A DNA stretch of 61,712 nt, counting the filler. It is 6 parts of 6 records of this genome, joined end to end, with 100 filler letters (N's around TTAATTAATTAA, not from the genome) between each part and the next. Parts side by side here need not be neighbours in the genome. Positions count along the whole stretch, not along the records: positions 27,202 to 32,752 come from SRR2962707_4443; positions 32,853 to 42,390 come from SRR2962707_4447; 4 more parts are not named here. The stretch is one strand, 5' to 3'. This document shows, one piece after another, positions 29,839 through 38,740 of the stretch (positions are counted from its first letter, which is position 1; each line of letters starts with the position of its first letter). The notes under the pieces were generated by a model. It made no database searches, was not told the origin of the DNA, and saw nothing but the letters and a program-made list of their open reading frames with translations. A program made the position numbers and the translations under genes.

Positions 29839-30978
29839 TCAGCCCTCAAACAGCAGGATCAGGAAGGCCCCGAACAGCAGCAGGTGCACCGCACCCTGCA
29901 GCAGATTGGTGCGCCCACTGGAAAACGTGATCACGCTGACCGCCAGCATCAGCATCAGCAGCACCAGATTGCTCGACTGCAGGCCCAGGATCAGGTCGAG
30001 CCCCAGCATGTGGGCCAGCACCAGCATAATCGGCACCGTCAGCCCGATCGTGGCCAACACACCACCCAGGAACACATTGACCGACGTTTGCAATTCGTTG
30101 CGCAGGGCGGCCTTGATGCCACCTATCCCTTCGGGCGTAGCCACCAGTATGGCCACCATCACACCACCCACCATATGTGGCGCCCCCAGCGTCTCGATGA
30201 CGTAGTCGATCGGGCGGGCCAGTTGTTCCACCAGCAGCACGACCGGTACGATATAAGCCAGCAGGAGTCCGAAATGCAGCGGGAGCGCGCCAGAGGCCTG
30301 TTCCTCGGCCCTTTCGACAGCATCGGGCTGGGTGAAATAGCTGCGATGACGCCCGGTCTGGATCAACAGGAAGGTGAAATAGAGCCCACCCGCTATCGTG
30401 CCCAGCATGATCTGTTGCACCAAAGAAAGGGTCGGACCGTCCGTCGTGCTGGTAAAGTCGGGCAGCACCATGCTCAGCACCGCCAGTGGCACGATCACGC
30501 CGAGATAGGCATTGGCACCCTGCAGATTAATCGATTGCTCGCGATGGCGCAGCGCCCCCAGCAGCAGCGATAGCCCGATCGTGCCGCCCATCAGGATCAT
30601 CACCACGGAAAACATCGTGTCGCGCAACAGCGTCGGATTGTTCTCGCCATGCAGCATCACCGCGGTAATGCTCATCACCTCAATGGCGGTAATCGACAGG
30701 GTCAGCACCAGCGTGCCATAGGGCTCGCCCAGACGCCGCGAAATGGCTTCGGCGTGGCGCACAACGCCCAGGGCTGAGCCGATCACCACGGCAAACAACC
30801 AGACGAACACCAGTCCCAGTGTCAGGTAATTGCCCAGGCTTGCAAAAATTACGTCGCCAAACAGTACAAAGATGGCGCAGGTCAGCACCGCAATGGCGAG
30901 AAACCACTCCCGCTTGATGCGCCGCCACGGCCCGCTTGGTCCCGGTACTGCTATCGTCGCGCTATCGCTCGCATCCAT
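29839..30978 (-). CDS. chaA: Ca2+/H+ antiporter (ChaA/CaCA family)
   Basis: VRHAE..LGEPYGTLVLTLS..IEV, PEG, LG..LATIGLTVP, GRTNLLQGAVHL; start uncertain. Confidence 0.88.
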   Translation of the reverse strand: MDASDSATIAVPGPSGPWRRIKREWFLAIAVLTCAIFVLFGDVIFASLGNYLTLGLVFVWLFAVVIGSALGVVRHAEAISRRLGEPYGTLVLTLSITAIEVMSITAVMLHGENNPTLLRDTMFSVVMILMGGTIGLSLLLGALRHREQSINLQGANAYLGVIVPLAVLSMVLPDFTSTTDGPTLSLVQQIMLGTIAGGLYFTFLLIQTGRHRSYFTQPDAVERAEEQASGALPLHFGLLLAYIVPVVLLVEQLARPIDYVIETLGAPHMVGGVMVAILVATPEGIGGIKAALRNELQTSVNVFLGGVLATIGLTVPIMLVLAHMLGLDLILGLQSSNLVLLMLMLAVSVITFSSGRTNLLQGAVHLLLFGAFLILLFEG

Positions 30979-31117
30979 GGCTCTGCCCCCGGCCTTCATC
31001 TCAAATATCGCGATCAAGTCACTGCTGTCGCTTGCCCAGCGTCCACTGGCTTGATCCTGATCAAGACAGTCTGGCGCAAAGGGACCACTATTGGGTTACC
31101 AAGAGGGAGATCGTTCC

Positions 31118-31273
31118 ATGAACCGCATCCATATCACCCAGCACAGCTCGCTCGGCGCCTTCTGGTTCGCCGGCTGGCTCTTCACTATCGGCTTTCTCAA
31201 GCTTGGCTTCTGGCAGGGCGTGCTCGGCCTGATCCTCTGGCCCTATTTTATCGGCGGCTTTTTCGCGGGGTGA
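31118..31273 (+). CDS. Small (51 aa) membrane protein
   Basis: GAGGGAG RBS; hydrophobic G..WFAGWLFTIGFL.L.FWQGVL.LILWPY. Confidence 0.7.
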   Translation: MNRIHITQHSSLGAFWFAGWLFTIGFLKLGFWQGVLGLILWPYFIGGFFAG

Positions 31274-31296
31274 GTAGCCCCCCTAACGGGCCAAGC

Positions 31297-32472
31297 CTAG
31301 CTCGCGAGGCTGGCGGCGGCCCTCGCCGCGCTGTTCTTGCGCGCTGATCCGGGGCCGGACGGTGGAGCGTTATGGGGACGAAAACCGCCGCCATTTCTCT
31401 TGACCTTGTAGCTTGCCGCGTCGGCCTCGTGCAGCAGCGCGTCCAGTGACGCTGTGCGAACGGGGGCAATGCTGTAGCCAAGGCTGAGCCCCACGCTGAT
31501 TGGCTGGTCGGTGCCCAGTTCATAGGGCTCGGTCAGGTCACGATGGATACGCTGTGCCAAGCGTTCCGGGTCGGACTGCCCTTCCAGATCTGGCTGCAAG
31601 ACCACGAACTCATCGCCGCCGACGCGGGCGACGATATCGTTCTCACCCACAAGCCGGCGGAGCCGTTGGGAGAGGGCCTGCAGCAGCCGGTCCCCGGTGG
31701 CATGGCCAAACTGATCATTGACCGCCTTGAAGCCATCCAGGTCGAAAGTGTGCACCGCAATCGAGCCAGACGCGTCACGCGGCAACTCTTCGACGGCCTC
31801 CTGCAAGCCCAGACGGTTGGACAGCGATGTCAATGGATCAAGCCGTGCCAGTTGCGCCATCTGCAGGCGCATGGTGATCAGGCCGCAGGCATTTCGATGC
31901 AGATAGGCAATGGTCTCCACGGCGCTGACGAGAAACAGCACGAATACGGCGCCGATCAGGAACCGGGCATCCTGGGTGAAGACCATCGCTGCGACAATTG
32001 CCACGCCTGCGGCGAGGATGACCGCGCCCATTGCGATCTTTGGGCGGACTGAAATGCGGGTCGCCAGGCCCGCGCAATACCCAAACAGTAAGGCGGTTGC
32101 CACCAGATGCAGGGACAGCGTGGGCAACGAAAACAAGAACGCGCACAGGGCACCGATAAGCCCCGCCATGCACCATGTCGTAACCGCGTGCGCGGCCTCG
32201 AACCGTTTGATGACCGCGAGCGTCGGCGCCCCCTGGGCAAGGGCGCGACGATGAAACAGGATCAAAACAGCCTTGAGAACTGACGCCACGACTCCAAGGA
32301 TCGTGATACCCAGTGCCGCAACCGCGCCAGTCTCGCTAAATGCGTAAGGTCCAACGCCAAGAAAGGCCGCCCCAATTGCCACCGTTGGCAGCAGGTTATC
32401 AGCAAGCGCTGATACCAGGGCCTTGTAGACATCGATCTGTTCGGTTTGACGCAGCATTGGTCGCACGATCAT
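31297..32472 (-). CDS. Membrane-bound diguanylate cyclase
   Basis: Multiple TM helices, DPLTSLSNR, DLDGFKAVND.FGH..GD, intact RVGGDEF. Confidence 0.93.
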   Translation of the reverse strand: MIVRPMLRQTEQIDVYKALVSALADNLLPTVAIGAAFLGVGPYAFSETGAVAALGITILGVVASVLKAVLILFHRRALAQGAPTLAVIKRFEAAHAVTTWCMAGLIGALCAFLFSLPTLSLHLVATALLFGYCAGLATRISVRPKIAMGAVILAAGVAIVAAMVFTQDARFLIGAVFVLFLVSAVETIAYLHRNACGLITMRLQMAQLARLDPLTSLSNRLGLQEAVEELPRDASGSIAVHTFDLDGFKAVNDQFGHATGDRLLQALSQRLRRLVGENDIVARVGGDEFVVLQPDLEGQSDPERLAQRIHRDLTEPYELGTDQPISVGLSLGYSIAPVRTASLDALLHEADAASYKVKRNGGGFRPHNAPPSGPGSARKNSAARAAASLAS

Positions 32473-32623
32473 TATTGCACTGATCGGCTCGATATCACGA
32501 CAGTTGTTTACGGCGGCTTTAGTCGCGACTGCAAATCATCGACGGTTGGTGTCGTTGCATTAACGTAGCGGCGTGCACGACCACTCTAATCCATTGAACA
32601 CTAGCTGCTTGTCCCTCCAGCCG

Positions 32624-32752
32624 CTAGAGCGGCCAGAAGAACAGGATCGAGGGCACGGCGACCACGATGATCAGGATTTCCAGCGGCAGACCCATGCGCC
32701 AGTAATCGCCAAAGCGGTAGCCGCCGGGGCCCATGATGATGGTGTTGTTCTT
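32624..32752 (-). CDS. SLC13 family permease, C-terminal fragment
   Basis: Translates KNNTIIMGPGGYRFGDYWRMGLPL..FFWPL*. Confidence 0.8.
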   Translation of the reverse strand, partial: KNNTIIMGPGGYRFGDYWRMGLPLEILIIVVAVPSILFFWPL

Positions 32753-32852
32753 NNNNNNNNNNNNNNNNNNNNNNNNNNNNNNNNNNNNNNNNNNNNTTAA
32801 TTAATTAANNNNNNNNNNNNNNNNNNNNNNNNNNNNNNNNNNNNNNNNNNNN
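32753..32852. other. Artificial contig spacer
   Basis: N-run, TTAATTAATTAA, N-run. Confidence 0.97.
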
Positions 32853-32873
32853 GGTTAGGTTAGTTAGAGTATT

Positions 32874-32903
32874 AAAAAAGGGTCCCGAATTTTTGGGACC
32901 CTT
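32874..32903 (-). terminator. Rho-independent terminator after the NUMOD4 gene
   Basis: AAGGGTCCC/GGGACCCTT stem with a T-run on the minus strand. Confidence 0.7.
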
Positions 32904-32910
32904 ACTCTTT

Positions 32911-33402
32911 TCAGGCATTTTCCTTGTTCTTCTTTGGTCTGCCTGGAAGTACAGTCTCTGGCTTAAATCCATTCTTGTATCTTTTCTTCCGGGTTTTCCA
33001 AACTTTGAAGTTGTTCTTATTACCAACTTCAAATTGCCATTTCATATGCTCGGATGGTGTCATCCAAGTCAAATTTTCGAAATAGTTATTTCTTGGATTG
33101 TTATCCTTATGGATGATCATGGTTTTTTCAGAATCCTTGTTTTTCACAAAAACCTTAGCGGTTTCTTTGTGAGGGTAAACAGTTCTTCTTTTTCCATTAT
33201 CATCAATCAGGTCAAGGAAATAACATTTGCAGATTTTATTCCAGCGCTGACGCATAAGTTTTCCTCTTAGCTTCATATGGGTTTTACTACCCTTGTGCCA
33301 GACTTTTCTGCTTTTACTTCGAATTTTACCTCTGTTGGATATTTCGTAATTCGAAAATCCATCTATCGGCCCCCAGGCCTCTTCCTTTTTTTGATCTGCC
33401 AT
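32911..33402 (-). CDS. NUMOD4 plus degenerate HNH domain protein
   Basis: W.PI.GF..YEISNRG.IRS (NUMOD4); HKDNNPRNN...NLTW (HNH-like). Confidence 0.8.
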   Translation of the reverse strand: MADQKKEEAWGPIDGFSNYEISNRGKIRSKSRKVWHKGSKTHMKLRGKLMRQRWNKICKCYFLDLIDDNGKRRTVYPHKETAKVFVKNKDSEKTMIIHKDNNPRNNYFENLTWMTPSEHMKWQFEVGNKNNFKVWKTRKKRYKNGFKPETVLPGRPKKNKENA

Positions 33403-33513
33403 TTTTTTAGCTCGCTTTTTTGGTTTGCATAAACAAGCTAGTTCTTAATGAATACCAAAAATAACCATTTTTATCAATTTATCAATTGATAATGTCGTTA
33501 TTTGGGAGATATA

Positions 33514-33963
33514 TTATTTGGATTCGTACTTCTTAGGTGCGTAAAGAAATCCAAATGCTTCACCGTCTTCTTTGGTGTGCTTTTCATGATGTACATAATG
33601 CGCCTTCATGATCCGCTTCATGTACTTGCTTTTAGCCTTGAAAGGAATTTTGATTCTTCGATGCACGATTACATCGTGAAATACAAAATAAAATATTCCA
33701 TAACCTAGGATGCCAATCCCTACATACATTAACCATCTAAGATCAGGATTATTGTATCCAAAGTAAATGGTCAGTATGGACGGTATACTGAATACCACAG
33801 CAAACAGGTCGTTCATTTCAAATGCATGATGATGAACTTTGTGATGCGATCTGTGCCACCACCACATGAAACCATGCATGATGTATTTGTGGGTAAACCA
33901 AGCCACACCTTCCATAAAAAAGAAAGTTCCGACTACAAGTAAGATATTGATTACTGTTGGCAT
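33514..33963 (-). CDS. crtZ: Beta-carotene hydroxylase
   Basis: HKYIMHG, WHRSHH, FEMNDLF, HDVIVHRR, AHYVHH His boxes. Confidence 0.93.
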   Translation of the reverse strand: MPTVINILLVVGTFFFMEGVAWFTHKYIMHGFMWWWHRSHHKVHHHAFEMNDLFAVVFSIPSILTIYFGYNNPDLRWLMYVGIGILGYGIFYFVFHDVIVHRRIKIPFKAKSKYMKRIMKAHYVHHEKHTKEDGEAFGFLYAPKKYESK

Positions 33964-33978
33964 TGTAGGTACTGGTTA

Positions 33979-34821
33979 TTATTCGACAATGTAGTTAGCC
34001 TTATGAAATAGGTAACACTTAATTAGCAATAAAAATTTCCTAAAGTTAGGCACTCTGATTCGTTCTGTTTTTATCCTTTCCGGAGATAAGCGGGTAATTT
34101 TTTTGAACAATACAGAGTAATAAATATAGGCCAAATACACCCCGGCTCTTACGCCTTTTGGCAGCCTCTTTATCCCATCCAATGACGACTTGAACTCCTG
34201 GGCAATATCCTCTTCGATTTGCTTCTTCTCGACCTCAGTAAATTCCTTGAAATCAACTCCCGGAAAATAAACTCTTCCTCTCTCGTCGTAATCACTTTTA
34301 ATGTCTCTAAGGAAATTTACCTTTTGGAAAGCCGAACCAAGGTGTCTTGCGGGCTTAAGTAATGACTGATAATGTTCTTCATTTCCATCACAGAATACTT
34401 TCAAGCACATCAGGCCGACTACCTCCGCACTTCCGTAAATGTATTTATCGTACTCGGGATCCGAATAGTCTTTTTTAGAGAGATCCATTTCCATGCTTAC
34501 CAGAAACGCTTCGATTAAATCGTGATCAATTTGGAATTCATTCACAACATCCTGAAATGAATGCAAAACAGGATTGAGGCTAATTCCTTCCTCAATTGAT
34601 CGATAGGTATCGTCCTTGAATCGCTGCAACAAATCAGCTTTATCATGATCATGAAAGGTATCAACAATTTCATCTGCATACCTTACGAATCCATAAATAG
34701 CATAGATGGATTTGTGGTACCTTTTATTTAGCGTTCTGATTCCTAATGAGAAGGATGTGCTATACGTTTTGGTGATTAGCTCACTACAGTCAAAAGCTGT
34801 CTCGGTATATAGATCTTTCAT
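33979..34821 (-). CDS. crtB: Phytoene synthase
   Basis: YSTSF, RYADEIVD, YGSAEVVGLM, FQKVNFLRD..D..RGRVYFP. Confidence 0.95.
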   Translation of the reverse strand: MKDLYTETAFDCSELITKTYSTSFSLGIRTLNKRYHKSIYAIYGFVRYADEIVDTFHDHDKADLLQRFKDDTYRSIEEGISLNPVLHSFQDVVNEFQIDHDLIEAFLVSMEMDLSKKDYSDPEYDKYIYGSAEVVGLMCLKVFCDGNEEHYQSLLKPARHLGSAFQKVNFLRDIKSDYDERGRVYFPGVDFKEFTEVEKKQIEEDIAQEFKSSLDGIKRLPKGVRAGVYLAYIYYSVLFKKITRLSPERIKTERIRVPNFRKFLLLIKCYLFHKANYIVE

Positions 34822-36320
34822 TGGCCGGTAAATGTAGGAAAATCCTTCGCTATTTCATTGGCCACTACTTCACCTGATATCAAGGAAGGCGGCACACCAG
34901 GACCCGGTACTGTTAACTGTCCTGTATAGTAGAGATTTTTTAGATGCTTATTCTTTAAAGATGGTTTCAGGATGGCTGTTTGTTTGAGCGTGTTGGCCAA
35001 TCCATAGGCATTACCCTTAAAGGAATGATAGTCATCAATGAAGTCCTTATGAGCATAGCTTTTTTTGCTTAGAATGCTATCACGGATATTTTCACCGGTA
35101 AATGCCTCCAACTTATCCATGATTAGATTGAAGTATTGCTCCCTGATCTCATCCGTGTCTTTAATTCCTGGTGCAACAGGTATTAGTACAACCAGGTTTT
35201 CTTTCCCTGTAGGAGCTACAGACTTATCTGTTTTGGAAGTAGCCGAGACATATAGCAAGGGCTTGGTTGGCCATTTGGGATCTTCATAAATTTCATGTGC
35301 ATGTAATTTGAAGTCCTCATCAAAAAACAAGGTGTGATGCTCAAGATTGGGTAATTCTTTATCTACTCCTATATAGAAAAGGAGTGAAGAAGGAGCCAAC
35401 GTACGCGATTCCCAATATTTTTTGGAATAATTCTGGAATGATTCCGGAAGTAGCTGCTGGTCAACGTGATGATAATCTGCACCTGCAATCAGAATGTCAC
35501 AATCGTAAGAGTCACTCGTAGTATGTGCGGCAGTTATTTTATTACCTGAAAAGGATAATGAAGTAACTTCCTCACTTAACTTGATTTCAACATTATGCTC
35601 CTCGGCCAATTTTACCATTCCCTGAACAACTGCATGCATACCGCCTCTTGGATACCAGGTTCCTAATGATAGATCAGCATAGTTCATCAGACTATATAGG
35701 GCCGGTGTATTCTCAGCAGTGGCTCCAAGGAAAAGTATTGGGAATTCCATCAACTGGATCAAACGTTCGTCCTTGAAGTGTTTTCGTACATGTTTGGCAA
35801 TGGAGGTAAACACATCCATTTTGAACAGCCCAAGCAGCAGTTTTAAGTCTATGAATTCCGTTAATGATCTGCTCGGTTTATAAACTAGCTTTTTGACTCC
35901 AACATCATATTTAAACTTGGCCTGCTTTAAGAATGATTGGAGCTTCTTACTGCTTCCGGGTTCTATGGATTCAAACAATTCCTCCAATTCACCCATGCTT
36001 GCCGGGATATCGATAACATCGTCTTTGAACTTAATTCGATAGGATGGATCCAACCTGTCAAGTTCATAATAGTCTTTCACCTCCTTGCCGAAGGAATTAA
36101 AAAATTTCTCAAATACATCTGGCATCCAGTACCATGAAGGCCCCATGTCCCAGGTGAAACCTTTGTCTTGATACAATCTGGCTCGTCCACCGGGTTGATC
36201 GTTTTTCTCGAGAATGGTAACGTTGTAGCCAAGTCGTGCTAAGTGACACGCACAAGAAAGGCCGGAAAATCCGGCCCCAATCACTACAACTCTACTATGG
36301 AAATTTTTGTCAGTTGGCAT
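34818..36320 (-). CDS. crtI: Phytoene desaturase
   Basis: IGAGFSGL FAD motif, GGRA, DMGPSWYWMP, GQLTVPGPGVP. Confidence 0.95.
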   Translation of the reverse strand: MPTDKNFHSRVVVIGAGFSGLSCACHLARLGYNVTILEKNDQPGGRARLYQDKGFTWDMGPSWYWMPDVFEKFFNSFGKEVKDYYELDRLDPSYRIKFKDDVIDIPASMGELEELFESIEPGSSKKLQSFLKQAKFKYDVGVKKLVYKPSRSLTEFIDLKLLLGLFKMDVFTSIAKHVRKHFKDERLIQLMEFPILFLGATAENTPALYSLMNYADLSLGTWYPRGGMHAVVQGMVKLAEEHNVEIKLSEEVTSLSFSGNKITAAHTTSDSYDCDILIAGADYHHVDQQLLPESFQNYSKKYWESRTLAPSSLLFYIGVDKELPNLEHHTLFFDEDFKLHAHEIYEDPKWPTKPLLYVSATSKTDKSVAPTGKENLVVLIPVAPGIKDTDEIREQYFNLIMDKLEAFTGENIRDSILSKKSYAHKDFIDDYHSFKGNAYGLANTLKQTAILKPSLKNKHLKNLYYTGQLTVPGPGVPPSLISGEVVANEIAKDFPTFTGQ

Positions 36321-36816
36321 AAACCTTTAATACTTCTTTTAATTCCTTGCGAGCTATATGAATCCGATTCTTAACAGTACCAATCGGAATATTGAGCTTA
36401 TCCGCAATTTCGTGATATTTAAATCCTTTGAAGTATAAGGTGAAAGGAATTTTATACATCTCCTTCAAATTATTGATGGCAGTTTTCATATCGCGCATCA
36501 TAAAGTTGCCTGTGGCATTGTTTTCAAGCTGGCTGCCACTTGAATTAATGAAGTGGTTATTCTCAGTGGTATCTATGAAAGTATTTCTTCTTACCATTCG
36601 TTGGTAATTGGTAATGAATGTATTTCTCATGATGGTATACATCCAAGCTTTCAGGTTAGTGCCGTCCTGAAATTTATCCCGATTGGAGAATGCCTTAAAC
36701 ACAGTTTCTTGCAAAAGATCGTCCGCCTCGTCCCTGTCTTTTGTAAGCTTCAGAGCATATGGCTTTAAGGTTCCGGTTAAATTTTCGATTCTATAGCCAA
36801 ATTCTAAAGCAGTCAT
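36310..36816 (-). CDS. ECF-type RNA polymerase sigma factor
   Basis: ADDLLQET..KA, LKAWMYTIMRN, GFKYHEIA..LNIPIGTVKNRIH. Confidence 0.92.
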   Translation of the reverse strand: MTALEFGYRIENLTGTLKPYALKLTKDRDEADDLLQETVFKAFSNRDKFQDGTNLKAWMYTIMRNTFITNYQRMVRRNTFIDTTENNHFINSSGSQLENNATGNFMMRDMKTAINNLKEMYKIPFTLYFKGFKYHEIADKLNIPIGTVKNRIHIARKELKEVLKVYAN

Positions 36817-36846
36817 TTTGTTTAATTTTTAGTTTGAAATATTAAA

Positions 36847-36854
36847 CGAAAGTA
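36847..36854 (-). promoter_or_regulatory. Candidate Bacteroidota -7 promoter element TACTTTCG upstream of the sigma-crt operon
   Basis: One mismatch to TAnnTTTG, about 30 nt upstream of the start codon. Confidence 0.35.
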
Positions 36855-36946
36855 CTGAATTATTTGTTGAATAAAAAATCGAAATAGTTAAACATAATAA
36901 CTTATATTAATAGTTATATCAGATGTAATAAGATTTGGCTATAGTA

Positions 36947-37834
36947 TTATACTTGTGTGCTCGCCTTTTCAATAGCCATATGCAGATCCTCGAAATGGTT
37001 GATAACTTCGAGGTTATTGGCAAGATTTAAATCCTGGGCAATGATTCTGGAGCCTGTAATGAAAATGGTTGTGTCTTTGAATTTTCTGGCAAGGGTATCC
37101 AAATAGTTTTGTACCTCAGATTTGTCTGGAGAGGTAGTCATTGCGGTAAGTAAACAATCAGGGTTGAGTTTGTGATATACTTCTTCCAGTGCGTTTAGGG
37201 GTACGGATTGACCAAAGAAGATGGTTTTGCATCCTTGATTTCTTAAAATATAATTAGCGAATAGTATTCCCAACTCATGTAATTCACCTTCCGGGAGGAA
37301 TAATAAAAAAAGTGGACCATTTTCATTCAGAGAAATTGATTCGGTGGCAACAATCAGTTTCTGTCTGACCAAATGAGATATGAAATGCTCCTGTGCCGGA
37401 TTAATTGAATTTGTCAACCACAGAACGCCAATCTTTCTCATAAAAGGATAGATGATGCTCATCATGGTTTTTTCAAACCCATATTGATCAATATTGTATT
37501 CTAATACATCTGAAAATCTTGCTTCATTCAAATCAATCATTGAAACAGTAAGGGCATTGACTTGATCTTCAAAAAACCTGGAGCTGGAATTGATTTTTCT
37601 TATTTCTTCAAAAATCAGATCCGTTGGCATTCCTACGATTTTCGAGATTTTAAAGCCATGATTTTTTAAGGTCGCGATGTTGAGAATGAGTTTCAGGTCA
37701 TCATCATTATAAAACCGAATGTTTGTAGCGGTTCTCTGAGGGGAGAATAAATGATATCGCTGTTCCCAAATACGAATCGTATGGGCTTTAATTCCGGATA
37801 GATGTTCCAGGTCTTTTATGGAGTAAACACTCAT
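36947..37834 (-). CDS. MerR-family regulator with cobalamin-binding domain (CarH/LitR-like photoreceptor)
   Basis: YSIKDLEHLSGIKAHTIRIWEQRY HTH; W..PAQEH motif; ELHELG (ExH) B12 motif; adjacent to crt genes. Confidence 0.9.
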   Translation of the reverse strand: MSVYSIKDLEHLSGIKAHTIRIWEQRYHLFSPQRTATNIRFYNDDDLKLILNIATLKNHGFKISKIVGMPTDLIFEEIRKINSSSRFFEDQVNALTVSMIDLNEARFSDVLEYNIDQYGFEKTMMSIIYPFMRKIGVLWLTNSINPAQEHFISHLVRQKLIVATESISLNENGPLFLLFLPEGELHELGILFANYILRNQGCKTIFFGQSVPLNALEEVYHKLNPDCLLTAMTTSPDKSEVQNYLDTLARKFKDTTIFITGSRIIAQDLNLANNLEVINHFEDLHMAIEKASTQV

Positions 37835-37929
37835 TTCTTCAGAAATTCTTCAAAAAGCTAAAACTTAGCAGCGTTATCATTTGTTTTGAAAAATTCAAAA
37901 ATATTTCTTTGGTGCTTAAATCGAAAAGA

Positions 37930-38235
37930 ATGGTTCTCTATAATGTTACCGTCAATATTGATGAAGATGTCGAACAGGACTGGATTGAGTGGATGAAGGA
38001 AAGCCATATTCCGGAGGTCATGGAAACTGGATATTTTGTTGAGTATCGCATGATGAAAATGCTTTCTGAAGCGCCTGATGAAACCGGCAGGACCTATGCC
38101 ATTCAGTACCTTGCTGAATCTTTGACTCACGTGGAGACCTACTTGGAAAAGGCGGCACCCAAACTCCAGAAGCAATCTATCATTAGATATGGAACGAAAA
38201 TGGCCGCTTTTAGAACGGTGCTAGAGGAGGTCTAA
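37930..38235 (+). CDS. DUF4286 family protein
   Basis: LYNVT..W..WMK..HIP, TYAIQY, AFRTVLE. Confidence 0.85.
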   Translation: MVLYNVTVNIDEDVEQDWIEWMKESHIPEVMETGYFVEYRMMKMLSEAPDETGRTYAIQYLAESLTHVETYLEKAAPKLQKQSIIRYGTKMAAFRTVLEEV

Positions 38236-38678
38236 TAATCAATATTACAGTTGATCCATTCTCCATCCAGGTTGGCACCATATTTTTTGTAAAATTTTAT
38301 AGCAGGTTCGTTCCAATCCAATACCTGCCACATCATGCCGGTACAATTGGTTTCTTTCCCTATTTCGTACGTAGCATCCAAAAGTAATTTGCCTACTCCA
38401 TTACCTCTTTGTGATTCGGTGACAATCAAATCTTCCAAGTACAATCTTTTGCCCTTCCAGGTAGAGTACCTGTAATAGTAGATAGAGCTACCCACTATCA
38501 TTCCACCCACTTCAGCAACTAAAAGCCCGAAAATAGGATTTTCACCAAATCCATCTTTTTGCATTTGCTCGATCGTGTTGCTCACTTGATCAGTTCCATT
38601 TTCGAATTCTGCAAGCTCCATCATGAGTTCGAAGACCCTTGGAGTATCGTCAATTGTACCTTTTCTGATTTTGATCAT
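38232..38678 (-). CDS. GNAT family N-acetyltransferase (diamine acetyltransferase-like)
   Basis: ELAEFE, YSTWKG..LYLEDL, RGNGVG, VLDWNEPAI.FY. Confidence 0.9.
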   Translation of the reverse strand: MIKIRKGTIDDTPRVFELMMELAEFENGTDQVSNTIEQMQKDGFGENPIFGLLVAEVGGMIVGSSIYYYRYSTWKGKRLYLEDLIVTESQRGNGVGKLLLDATYEIGKETNCTGMMWQVLDWNEPAIKFYKKYGANLDGEWINCNIDY

Positions 38679-38689
38679 GGTCTAAAAAT

Positions 38690-38721
38690 AAAAAACCCTG
38701 CCCGATGACACAGGCAGGGTT
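38690..38721 (-). terminator. Rho-independent terminator after the prolyl oligopeptidase gene
   Basis: AACCCTGCC/GGCAGGGTT stem with a T-run on the minus strand. Confidence 0.65.
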
Positions 38722-38740
38722 GGTTCATATGTTACTTATC

